From Bacteroidia bacterium (GTDB lineage: Bacteria; Bacteroidota; Bacteroidia; NS11-12g; UBA9320): a DNA stretch of 64,000 bases. The stretch spans positions 512,001-576,000 of the forward strand of contig CBDCFW010000006.1 in assembly GCA_965216465.1 (NCBI GenBank), read 5' to 3'. Every line of letters begins with the position of its first letter. The first letter of the stretch is position 1. Below, piece by piece: positions 9,818-18,104 of the stretch. The position numbers and the translations under genes are program-made. The notes under the pieces are model-generated. The model was not told where the DNA came from, did not search any database, and saw only the letters and a program-made list of their open reading frames with translations.

Positions 9818-12130
9818 TTACTTTAAACCCAACTTTAACCCAAGAAAGATTGATCGTGGTTGTGCTGGTCCAAAAACAAAGTTGCTGTCTCTATTCTTGC
9901 CAATATCAAAGCTTGATTGATAAGCATTCAAGATGTTCTTCGCCCCTCCATAAATGTGAATAGCCGTTTTATTTGTGCTGCGATTAAGCCGATAGTTTAG
10001 CTTAAAACTGAGCTCTGAAAAGGAACGTGTAGTGACAATTTCATCGATTTGTTGATTCGGTGCTCCTGCAAAATGAGGAACTTTCATTTTACCTGTAAAT
10101 ACATAGCTTACAGTAGATCGCAGGCGATCATTTTTTAAGCTATTGATCGTTAGGCTGGCATAGCCATACTGATTTGGCGTTCGAATAAAGTCTGTAATTC
10201 CGGGTACATTATCAATATATTGAACTGGATTATCAAAACGGCTTGTTTGCAGCGTAAATCCAGATTCGAGTTGAGCTTTTTTGTTGTAGTTGGCCCGAGC
10301 TTCTAATGTTAAGCCTTGAACAGTTGCTCCTTGGCCATTTCGCTTTTCAAACCGCTCGCCGAACGCATCTTCTCCAATAGGCTGTAAAAAGAAAGCATCG
10401 TTTAGTCGGGTATAAAATCCATCCAAAGTAAAGCCAAATATGTACTTCTCGCTAGGCTTGTCGTAGCTGATCGAAGTGCTCCAACTTGAAGAAGTTTCGG
10501 GTCTTAAATCAGGCGAAAGTTGCACTCGCGATATGCCTCCCCCCGCAAAAGCGATATGCAAATCGGTGTCGAATGCTTGAGGAGCCCTGAACCCTGTGCC
10601 ATAGTTTAATCGAAAACGCAAATCACTTGTTGGTTTAAAAAGGATGGATGCTCGAGGGTTAGCTAATGTTCCATCTACAAAATTGTGTGCGTCGAATCGA
10701 ATACCCGACAACAGGGTTATTTTAGGGAATACCTTCCATTTACTTTGAATAAAACTTCCCGGATTTTTAGTGGTCTGATCTACAAGGTAGAGGTAGGCTG
10801 GAATTTCATCAAAGACATCATCGAGCAAGTATTCTACTCCTATGGTCAATATATTTTCTCCTGTAATAAATTTTTGGATGCGGTAATTAAGCTGCATTCC
10901 AACATTGTACGTTGATACGTTCGAGGTTCCATAGGGCGGATTCGCTAGATGTTGTTGAAGTCCTTCGTTACTATCGGGTAAAATTCCGGTGTAATGATCT
11001 CTTTTGGTATGCTGCCAAGCTAAATAACTGATAAACGAAAGTTTCTGATCTTTCGAATTGATTTGATAATCTGCATTGGCCATCCACACCTGGTGATTTC
11101 TCTCTTCAGATTGTTGAGTGAGATGGGCTGGTTTATCAACCATCTCACCTCCAAAACGGTACTCATTGAGGTTACTGATACTGAACTCCAATTTTTGATT
11201 CTCCTTAGGAAGAACAAACGCTGTTAAGCCTGCAGAGGTATTTTCAATTTTTGGAATTTCGGAGAAGTTATCGCTGTTGTGATCGTAAAAGTCTCGTTGA
11301 CGATGAGTAAGAAATAGCGTTACACCCATTCGGTCGTTTTTGGATACCAAAGAGGCATTTCCGAGCAACTGATTATCATTCGTTACTGCTCCAATTTGCT
11401 GGTAAGAGTAGTCAACATTATAGCCATTCTTAGTCGGGAGTTTAGTAATAACGTTCACCGTTCCTCCAATTGCACTAGACCCATAAAGCGAAGAACCACC
11501 ACCGCGAACCACTTCAATTCTTTCAATCATATTGGTTGGAAGTTGTTCCATTCCATAGAGCCCGGTGAGTGGACTAAATACCGGTCTTCCGTTTACTAGA
11601 ATCTGGGAGTAGCCTCCAGCTAAGCCGTTCATTCTCAACTGCGTATAGTTACAAGTTTGGCAATTATTTTCAACTCTTAATCCAGGTTGAAATTTGAGTC
11701 CCTCAGACAAATTACATGCCTGAACGTTTTCTAGATTTTGTGCTGTTACTGTGCTTACTAATATTGGAGAGTTATTACGGTGCTCCATCATTTTGGTTCC
11801 AGTAACAACAATTTGGTCGAGGTCTAGAATCTCCTGATCAATTGAAAAATCGAGTTGAGTATTCTGATTTTGATGAACCAGAACTTTGAGCGTTAGAGGT
11901 TTAAAACCAACATAAGATGCTGTGATATGATAAGCTCCAGCTTCGAGCTTATTGAGCTCATAGTTTCCTTGTTCATTTGAAAATGTGCCTATCGTTGTTG
12001 AATCAATGGTGATTGTAACATAGGCAGTTGCCTCTCCTTTAACCTTCACGTTACCGGAAATGGAACCTGACTGAGCCCAAGCTGTTGAGGCTAAGACCAA
12101 TGCGAGGAATATGGTAAGCGTTCTGAACAT
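9818..12130 (-). CDS. TonB-dependent outer-membrane receptor (metal-uptake type, CxxC in plug)
   Basis: N-terminal CarboxypepD_reg-like domain, VVTGT TonB box, IERIEVVRGGGSSLYGSSAIGGTVNVIT plug motif, NCQTC, GFRAPQ; ATG 12130 preferred. Confidence 0.92.
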   Translation of the reverse strand: MFRTLTIFLALVLASTAWAQSGSISGNVKVKGEATAYVTITIDSTTIGTFSNEQGNYELNKLEAGAYHITASYVGFKPLTLKVLVHQNQNTQLDFSIDQEILDLDQIVVTGTKMMEHRNNSPILVSTVTAQNLENVQACNLSEGLKFQPGLRVENNCQTCNYTQLRMNGLAGGYSQILVNGRPVFSPLTGLYGMEQLPTNMIERIEVVRGGGSSLYGSSAIGGTVNVITKLPTKNGYNVDYSYQQIGAVTNDNQLLGNASLVSKNDRMGVTLFLTHRQRDFYDHNSDNFSEIPKIENTSAGLTAFVLPKENQKLEFSISNLNEYRFGGEMVDKPAHLTQQSEERNHQVWMANADYQINSKDQKLSFISYLAWQHTKRDHYTGILPDSNEGLQQHLANPPYGTSNVSTYNVGMQLNYRIQKFITGENILTIGVEYLLDDVFDEIPAYLYLVDQTTKNPGSFIQSKWKVFPKITLLSGIRFDAHNFVDGTLANPRASILFKPTSDLRFRLNYGTGFRAPQAFDTDLHIAFAGGGISRVQLSPDLRPETSSSWSTSISYDKPSEKYIFGFTLDGFYTRLNDAFFLQPIGEDAFGERFEKRNGQGATVQGLTLEARANYNKKAQLESGFTLQTSRFDNPVQYIDNVPGITDFIRTPNQYGYASLTINSLKNDRLRSTVSYVFTGKMKVPHFAGAPNQQIDEIVTTRSFSELSFKLNYRLNRSTNKTAIHIYGGAKNILNAYQSSFDIGKNRDSNFVFGPAQPRSIFLGLKLGLK

Positions 12131-12152
12131 ACAATCAATCACTTTAGTATTG

Positions 12153-12183
12153 CAAAATTAAATTGTTAGGCTAATCTAACAAA
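12153..12183 (-). promoter_or_regulatory. TonB-receptor promoter with DtxR/MntR-type operator
   Basis: -7 TAATTTTG (12160-12153) and -33 TTTG (12183-12180), 19 bp apart. Palindrome TTGTTAG-GCTAAT-CTAACAA at 12163-12182 overlaps the spacer and the -33 element. Confidence 0.75.
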
Positions 12184-12226
12184 TATTTTTTGTTGTCTTG
12201 TAATTTCATTGCAATTTTGCTCGACC

Positions 12227-12880
12227 ATGCCATCGGTAACTAAGGAGAATTATCTGAAAGCGTTATACAATTTGCATCAGCGAAATGCAGAGATCTCGGT
12301 ATCTGATTTAGGCCAAGAGTTGGAAGTTAGTAAGCCGACAGTACACGACATGGTTAAACGCTTAGAATCTCAGGGATGGGTTGATTATCAACGATATAAG
12401 CCCTTAAAGTTGACCAAAGAAGGAGAAAAGATGGCGGCTTTGGTGATACGCAAGCATCGTCTGGCTGAAATGTTTTTGGTTCAAGTAATGGGATTTGGCT
12501 GGGAGGAAGTGCACAACATGGCCGAAGAAATTGAGCATTTAAAATCTGAAAAATTATTTGACCGCATGGATGAGATCATGGGATTTCCGTCGATTGATCC
12601 ACATGGTTCGCCCATTCCAGATAAGGATGGAAATTTGACTTCACCAGACTACGTTTTGTTAAACAGCATTAAGCCTGGGGAACGCGTAGTTTTTCGAGCT
12701 TTGAAGGACAGCTCGGTTGATTTCTTAGTGTACTTGAACAAAAAGGAATTACAATTGGGCACCACGATTCATGTACAAAGTATTGAGCCTTTTGATGGTA
12801 GCATGGTAGTGGACTATGGAGAGTACGAAGGTCAGGTATTGACCGAGCGTGTAACGAAGAAGTTGCTCGTTGAGGGTTAA
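12227..12880 (+). CDS. DtxR/MntR-family metal-dependent transcriptional repressor with FeoA-like domain
   Basis: ENYLKALY, wHTH, RKHRLAEMFL, EEIEH, DPHGSPIP motifs; ATG 12227. Confidence 0.93.
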   Translation: MPSVTKENYLKALYNLHQRNAEISVSDLGQELEVSKPTVHDMVKRLESQGWVDYQRYKPLKLTKEGEKMAALVIRKHRLAEMFLVQVMGFGWEEVHNMAEEIEHLKSEKLFDRMDEIMGFPSIDPHGSPIPDKDGNLTSPDYVLLNSIKPGERVVFRALKDSSVDFLVYLNKKELQLGTTIHVQSIEPFDGSMVVDYGEYEGQVLTERVTKKLLVEG

Positions 12881-12918
12881 TCTCTAAGATTAACATACAT
12901 AAAAGCCAAAGTCAGGAC

Positions 12919-12952
12919 AAAAAAAATCCATGAGTCATTCAACTCATGGATT
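12919..12952 (-). terminator. intrinsic terminator between convergent genes
   Basis: AATCCATGAGT-CATTCA-ACTCATGGATT 11-bp stem with an A8 run on the left. Confidence 0.75.
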
Positions 12953-12975
12953 CAGATTAAACACTAAAGCCAATC

Positions 12976-13338
12976 TTACTCTTTAAGACCATCGGTCACC
13001 CACGCTTCGAGTGTCGCGATGTCAGCGTCTGAAAGCTTGTTGCCATTTTTAGGCATAGGAGAAACTCCTGCTTCATGTTTTACTGCTTTAATCATCTTAC
13101 CCCATTCAGCAAATGCTTTTGCATCGGCGTAGCCTTCAAGGCTTCCCACTTGCGAGCCTGCATTGTGGCATCCGCTAAAAGCACAGCTTCCGTTTAGGAT
13201 TGCTGCTGCATCATCAGTGTAAGTAGTAAAAGTTTCAACTGGATCCGGTTCTGGTTCTGGATCATCATCTTTACATGCGTTAAATAATAATAGTCCTGAA
13301 GCCAATAGGAGTACGGAGTAAAGTTTGATATTTTTCAT
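12976..13338 (-). CDS. c-type cytochrome-like lipoprotein with CX4CH motif
   Basis: Lipobox FNAC, acidic Pro linker, CAFSGCH, MP distal-ligand motif, LS..DI..LEAW C-terminal helix. Confidence 0.8.
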   Translation of the reverse strand: MKNIKLYSVLLLASGLLLFNACKDDDPEPEPDPVETFTTYTDDAAAILNGSCAFSGCHNAGSQVGSLEGYADAKAFAEWGKMIKAVKHEAGVSPMPKNGNKLSDADIATLEAWVTDGLKE

Positions 13339-13355
13339 ATTAGATTGAATTTAGA

Positions 13356-13394
13356 CGAATATATGTATATACACTTAAAAATGTATGTATATAC
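13356..13394 (-). promoter_or_regulatory. promoter with tandem TATGTATATAC operator boxes
   Basis: TATGTATATAC at 13362-13372 and 13384-13394 (22-bp period), overlapping a TATATTCG -7-like element at 13363-13356. Confidence 0.55.
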
Positions 13395-13555
13395 CTGTAT
13401 TTTTTGAATAGGTGGAGGAAAAATGACATAACATGCCACTCCTTAAAGTATCGACCCCTAAGCAAGAACCAGTGTTTCTGCCGATTCTAAGTAAAAATGA
13501 AGATTAGGGCAAGGATAATTTAGCATATATGAATCTTTTAATACCTTAGCAGAAT

Positions 13556-13913
13556 ATGAAGAGCTTATTTTTACTTGCAGTACTATTATTTACGCTACCA
13601 AATTTTTTCGAAAGCACAAACGGTAAATGATATTCCTATCTCAGAAATTGATGTTGAATATGTTCAAATCGTAGGAACCGCTAAACTTCTCAGTAATAAG
13701 GTTACCATTCAAATAGATTTTGGACAAGAAAACAAAGTGTTTAAAACTAAAGACACACAAGTTAGGGACAAAGATGGCCGATTAATGGTCTTTTATTCTA
13801 TGATCGATGCCTTAAACTTCATGAGTAAGAATGGCTATGATTTTGTTGAAGCTTATGCCGTGACGATTGGAAATCAAAACGTCTATCACTATTTGCTGAA
13901 AAAGAGAGAATGA
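13556..13913 (+). pseudogene. secreted hypothetical protein interrupted by a +1 frameshift in a T6 run
   Basis: ATG 13556 reads MKSLFLLAVLLFTLPNF and stops at 13630. Removing one T at 13603-13608 joins it to SKAQTVNDIP...HYLLKKRE. Confidence 0.7.
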
Positions 13914-13920
13914 TCTTCTA

Positions 13921-14080
13921 GTCCAACATCTGGAGCGGGGAGGTTAAAGGTTTCGTAACATGCTAAGCCGACAGCACTGCGTACTGGGTCTTTTTTTGTG
14001 CCTTTTGCCTTTCAAGGCTGCACCTTCTAGTGTAATCCAAGAAGGATTGGCTCCCTTCGGTCGCCCATCCCTGGGGGCCA
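13921..14080 (+). repeat. isolated degenerate copy of the ~125-bp tRNA-associated repeat unit
   Basis: AAGCCG-ACAGCACTGCGTACTGGGTC-TTTTTTTGTGCC...GGATTGGCTCCCTTCGGTCGCCCATCC-CTGGGGG, same orientation as the array at 17488-18060. Confidence 0.85.
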
Positions 14081-14101
14081 CTAAATTTTGATGATTTACA
14101 G

Positions 14102-17100
14102 TTAGTATGCAACTACTTTACAGAACAGGAATGTTCCCTCAGCAAGTTCAATTCTGAGAATGTATAACTCACTTGCAGCATTTATTTGAAATGAATACCT
14201 GACAACCCCATCCAAACGATGATCCAAGATTTGTTTACCATCAGTTGAAAATAAAGAAATACCCACCATTTCGTGGCCATCTCCGAGATTGATATTGACC
14301 AAGCCGTCTGTTGGATTGGGATAGACAAATTCACATACATTGGTCTGGTCCACTTTAATAAAATTAATGGGAACACATGCAGAGGTGTCAACACAGCCCT
14401 CCGACTTTAATTCGACCGCATAGGTGCCATTAGTTTTTGGTGAAAATGTACTGTTGATCTGGTCAAAAATACCTGCAGAGTCACAATAGATCCACTGGAA
14501 ACTATCAGCCTTCGCAAGTGAGGTAATTACCCCAGCATCTATGGAGACAGCTGTGTCAATATGAATTATTTGCAAATCAATCACTACAATACTGTCGCAG
14601 CCAGTATGGCCTGTCAAGGTATCTTGGTAGACCCCTGATTCTGTATATATTTTTCCAGTGGGACTAAAATACTCAGCACAATGTTTCTCTTGTACGTTTG
14701 AAACAGTACTATGATACAAGGTTAAATCCAGTGTAACTAGACTGTCACACCCTTTCGTATTAGATAAGGTGTAAATAGCAGTTTGGTTGGAAGAATAGTA
14801 GGTGGCCTGATCAATCCAAACAAATGAGTCACAAGCTGTTTGTATGTCTATCCCAGTTGTGGAGCTGTTTAATACCAGATCAAGAGTATGTACAGAATCA
14901 CACCCATTTGAGTTAACAAAAGTTTTATTATAAGTTCCGCTGGAGGTGTATGTTGTACCGTCCCATATAAATTGGTCACATGCGGTTAGATTGGTTGTGT
15001 CTACAGTGGGGGAATTGAGGGTCAAGTTTAACGTGTGAACACTGTCACAACCCAATACATTGACCAGTGTTTTGGAATAGGGTCCAGAGGCGTAATAGGT
15101 GGTTCCTAGCCAGGTGAAACTGTCACATGACTCCACAGAACTTGAACCAAAGCTGGATGGATTGATAGTTAGGTTCAGTGTATGCAAGCTATCACAACCA
15201 GCCATATTCTTATATACTTTTGAATATGAACCGTTCACCTTATAGGTGCTCCCATCCCAAGAAAAACTGTCACACGATGTCACATTGTGGGTTCCAAAAT
15301 TGGAATGGTCAATGGTAAGGTCAAGGGTATGAACACTGTCACAACCCACAGCATTAATATATGTATTCTGATAAAACCCACTGGACGAATAAACGGTGCT
15401 ATCCCAAATGAAACTGTCACATGCCCATGCCTGGCTCGTATCTGTTGAGCTGTATAGAATGGTTAATTCCAAGGTGTGTACACTGTCACAGCCACTGGAA
15501 CTGGTAAAGGTCCTGTCAAATGACCCGCTGGTTGAATATGTATGATTATCCCATACAAAGCTGTCACAAGCAACAATGCTATCTGAACCTGAGATCCCTA
15601 TAGTCAAATCCAACCTTATCACACTGTCACAGCCATGGACGTCTGGGAGTGTGAAGGTAGCGGAATCAATGCTGGAGTAATACATCACTCCATCAATCCA
15701 CAGAAATGAATCGCAAGTCTGTATCTCATCCGTCCAATAGCTCGGTTCACACAAATACATGGACTGAATATAAACCCCGCTGCTCGCCCATTGCAATGAT
15801 GCACTCCCTAAGCCTGGATCAAAATCTGGATTCTTTCCATAACCTCCAGTGGTATATAATCTGTGGTCTTCCCTATACCTGATGTTAAATCCATGGGATT
15901 CATTTATTCCAAAACCCATTCCATTAAGTAAATTTCCGGCTGTATCAAACCTAGCAACGAAGGTAGCCCCTCCAGCACCTGAAATGGTCAGGGTCTTAGA
16001 AGTGTCTGGATTAATATCAAAAGCGTTTTGATAATAACCTATGACAATGGGTTGCCCTAAAGAATCCAATGCCAAATCTTCTCCTCGCAAGGTGCCACAG
16101 TTACCACAAGTTTTTTGCAGCAGGTGTGCCCAGCCAAACTCCCCATTCCCATTTAGTTTCATCAATAAAGCTCCACCATGGCAAGGTGAATCACAGGATA
16201 GAAAAAATGAATCTTGACCAGGATCATAGTCAAATCCACCTAAACCGGTGCCTGATAAGTAAATATCGCCATAGCTATTGGAGGCCACCGCATGAAGTTT
16301 GCCTCCTCCTTCAATACTGGTGACCCAGATGATATTGCCGGCTGAATCAAGTTTGAAGACAAGGTGATTGGTGGCTTGGAAAAGATCGGTCCCAGAAGAA
16401 GGATCAAAGTCCCAAGTTCCGTAGAATGATGCTATTCCTATAATTTGCCCAGAATCATTTAACCACGCATCGTTGATTGCTACTTCATATGAATGAGAAC
16501 TCGATGAAACATTAGAACCAATGACTTTGGCAAAATTAAAATCTCCATTTCGACTAAGCTTAACTAGCACGAATCCCCCAGTTGTTCCAAAAGACATATT
16601 TGAGGTGGATGCATTGGGATTGAGATTTGTGTTATCGGTAACTTTTATTGGAAGGTATAGGTTTGCAGAATCATCGAGGATAATATTGTTAATACGTTGT
16701 TTTCGACCTGCACTGGATGTGAACTGTTTTACCCAAACGAATCCCCCCGCAGAATCAAGCTTTAGAACAAAAATTTTGTCATTTGGAACCCCAGGGGTAA
16801 GGTAGTGACTGTTCGGACCGGGATCAAAATCCACAGAATCCCATGAATAAAAAGTTCCAACAACATAGACATACCCTGAGTCGTCAATCGTGATATCAGT
16901 CCCAATATCCTCCTGTCCATCACCAAATGAATATCCCCAAAGTAGATTTTCATTTGAATCATATTTCGCAACGAATATGTCTGAATAAACACTTGGATAT
17001 GCACCGGAGGCCGTAACAATATGCGTTCCGGGACCTGGGTCGAGGTCTAAATCGCCTACAAAATACCCCGTGACATATATATTTCTATTTGAATCTGTTA

Positions 17101-17227
17101 CCAGGCTAGTTCCAGCGGTTCCTTTTACATTACCTTTTAGGCCAAAGGCTTGTTCAAATATTTGGCCATTGCTGGTCCATGACATGCAAATTATTGCAAT
17201 ACAAAATATGAATCTGAATAGTGTCAC
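14102..17227 (-). CDS. T9SS type-A cargo surface protein: SBBP/DFDPG beta-propeller plus 8 Cys-paired GCDS repeats
   Basis: Signal peptide, D(L/F)DPG repeats, eight CDSFxW...GCDSxxxLxL-type units, C-terminal VYPNPT sorting domain. Confidence 0.88.
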   Translation of the reverse strand: MTLFRFIFCIAIICMSWTSNGQIFEQAFGLKGNVKGTAGTSLVTDSNRNIYVTGYFVGDLDLDPGPGTHIVTASGAYPSVYSDIFVAKYDSNENLLWGYSFGDGQEDIGTDITIDDSGYVYVVGTFYSWDSVDFDPGPNSHYLTPGVPNDKIFVLKLDSAGGFVWVKQFTSSAGRKQRINNIILDDSANLYLPIKVTDNTNLNPNASTSNMSFGTTGGFVLVKLSRNGDFNFAKVIGSNVSSSSHSYEVAINDAWLNDSGQIIGIASFYGTWDFDPSSGTDLFQATNHLVFKLDSAGNIIWVTSIEGGGKLHAVASNSYGDIYLSGTGLGGFDYDPGQDSFFLSCDSPCHGGALLMKLNGNGEFGWAHLLQKTCGNCGTLRGEDLALDSLGQPIVIGYYQNAFDINPDTSKTLTISGAGGATFVARFDTAGNLLNGMGFGINESHGFNIRYREDHRLYTTGGYGKNPDFDPGLGSASLQWASSGVYIQSMYLCEPSYWTDEIQTCDSFLWIDGVMYYSSIDSATFTLPDVHGCDSVIRLDLTIGISGSDSIVACDSFVWDNHTYSTSGSFDRTFTSSSGCDSVHTLELTILYSSTDTSQAWACDSFIWDSTVYSSSGFYQNTYINAVGCDSVHTLDLTIDHSNFGTHNVTSCDSFSWDGSTYKVNGSYSKVYKNMAGCDSLHTLNLTINPSSFGSSSVESCDSFTWLGTTYYASGPYSKTLVNVLGCDSVHTLNLTLNSPTVDTTNLTACDQFIWDGTTYTSSGTYNKTFVNSNGCDSVHTLDLVLNSSTTGIDIQTACDSFVWIDQATYYSSNQTAIYTLSNTKGCDSLVTLDLTLYHSTVSNVQEKHCAEYFSPTGKIYTESGVYQDTLTGHTGCDSIVVIDLQIIHIDTAVSIDAGVITSLAKADSFQWIYCDSAGIFDQINSTFSPKTNGTYAVELKSEGCVDTSACVPINFIKVDQTNVCEFVYPNPTDGLVNINLGDGHEMVGISLFSTDGKQILDHRLDGVVRYSFQINAASELYILRIELAEGTFLFCKVVAY

Positions 17228-17472
17228 ATGGAGAGGTTAGGGCCTTAAATATAACAATATTCTATCAAATTGTGCTTCATTATGTATATCGACAAAACAA
17301 AGTGAGCGACCTACAGTAAATTTAATAGAGAAATTTCATTAATCTACAATGAAAAATGCCAATCATTGTCGAGAGAACAACTTGATGCTGAAACACTGAT
17401 AGTGGTGGAATGACAATTCGGGACGTTGGCGAAGCCAGGGCTTGAATTATGCCAACTCAAGGTCTCCTGCTA

Positions 17473-18060
17473 GGGGTCCCAACATATAAAGCTGAAAGCA
17501 CTGCGTGCTATGTCTTTTTTTGTGCCCTTGGCCTTTCAAGGCTACGCTTTGGGTGTCAGATCAGGAAGGATTGGCTCCCTACGGTCGCCCATCCGGGGGT
17601 TAATGGGGGTCCTAACATCTAAAGCCGCACTGCGTGCTGGGTCTTTTTTTGTACCCATGGCCCTTCAAAGCGAAGCTTTGGGGGTTGTTCAGGATGGATT
17701 GGCTCCCTACGGTCGCCCATCCGGGGGGGGGTGCTTCATATTCAAAGCCGAGCACGTTGTGCTTTGCCTTTTTTTGTGCCCTTGGCCCTTCAAAGCGAAG
17801 CTTTGGGGGTTGTTCAGGATGGATTGGCTCCCTACGGTCGCCCATCCGGGGGGGGGGGGTGCTTCATATTCAAAGCCGAGCACGTTGTGCTTTGCCTTTT
17901 TTTGTGCCCTTGGCCCTTCAAAGCGAAGCTTTGGGGGTTGTTCAGGATGGATTGGCTCCCTACGGTCGCCCATCCGGGGGGGGGTGCTTCATATTCAAAG
18001 CCGAGCACGTTGTGCTTTGCCTTTTTTTGTGCCCTTGGCCCTTCAAAGCGAAGCTTTGGG
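17473..18060 (+). repeat. tandem array of ~125-bp hairpin-rich units (4 full plus 1 partial)
   Basis: Units start at about 17488, 17621, 17744, 17872 and 17997. The last three are identical except for poly-G length; the first two are diverged. Confidence 0.95.
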
Positions 18061-18078
18061 GCCGGGGCACAAAAAAAG
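18021..18078. repeat. 58-bp imperfect palindrome centred on GCGAAGC
   Basis: CTTTTTTTGTGCCC-TT-GGCCC-TT-CAAAGC-GAA-GCTTTG-GGGCC-GG-GGCACAAAAAAAG. Confidence 0.85.
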
Positions 18079-18100
18079 CCGGTCATTCCTGACCGGCTTT
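18071..18100 (-). terminator. tRNA-Val terminator
   Basis: Minus strand AAAGCCGGTCA-GGAA-TGACCGGC-TTTTTTT. Confidence 0.85.
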
Positions 18101-18104
18101 GATG

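Noticed and set aside
13575-13913. Intact 112-aa ORF starting at TTG 13575
   Set aside because: Its N-terminus is an out-of-frame reading of the real signal peptide; it is better explained as a frameshifted gene from ATG 13556.
17228-17470. Possible gene remnant upstream of the T9SS cassette gene
   Set aside because: Only very short ORFs with no recognisable similarity are present.
17488-18060. CRISPR array
   Set aside because: The units are ~125 bp, repeat end to end with no unique spacers, and no cas genes are in the window.
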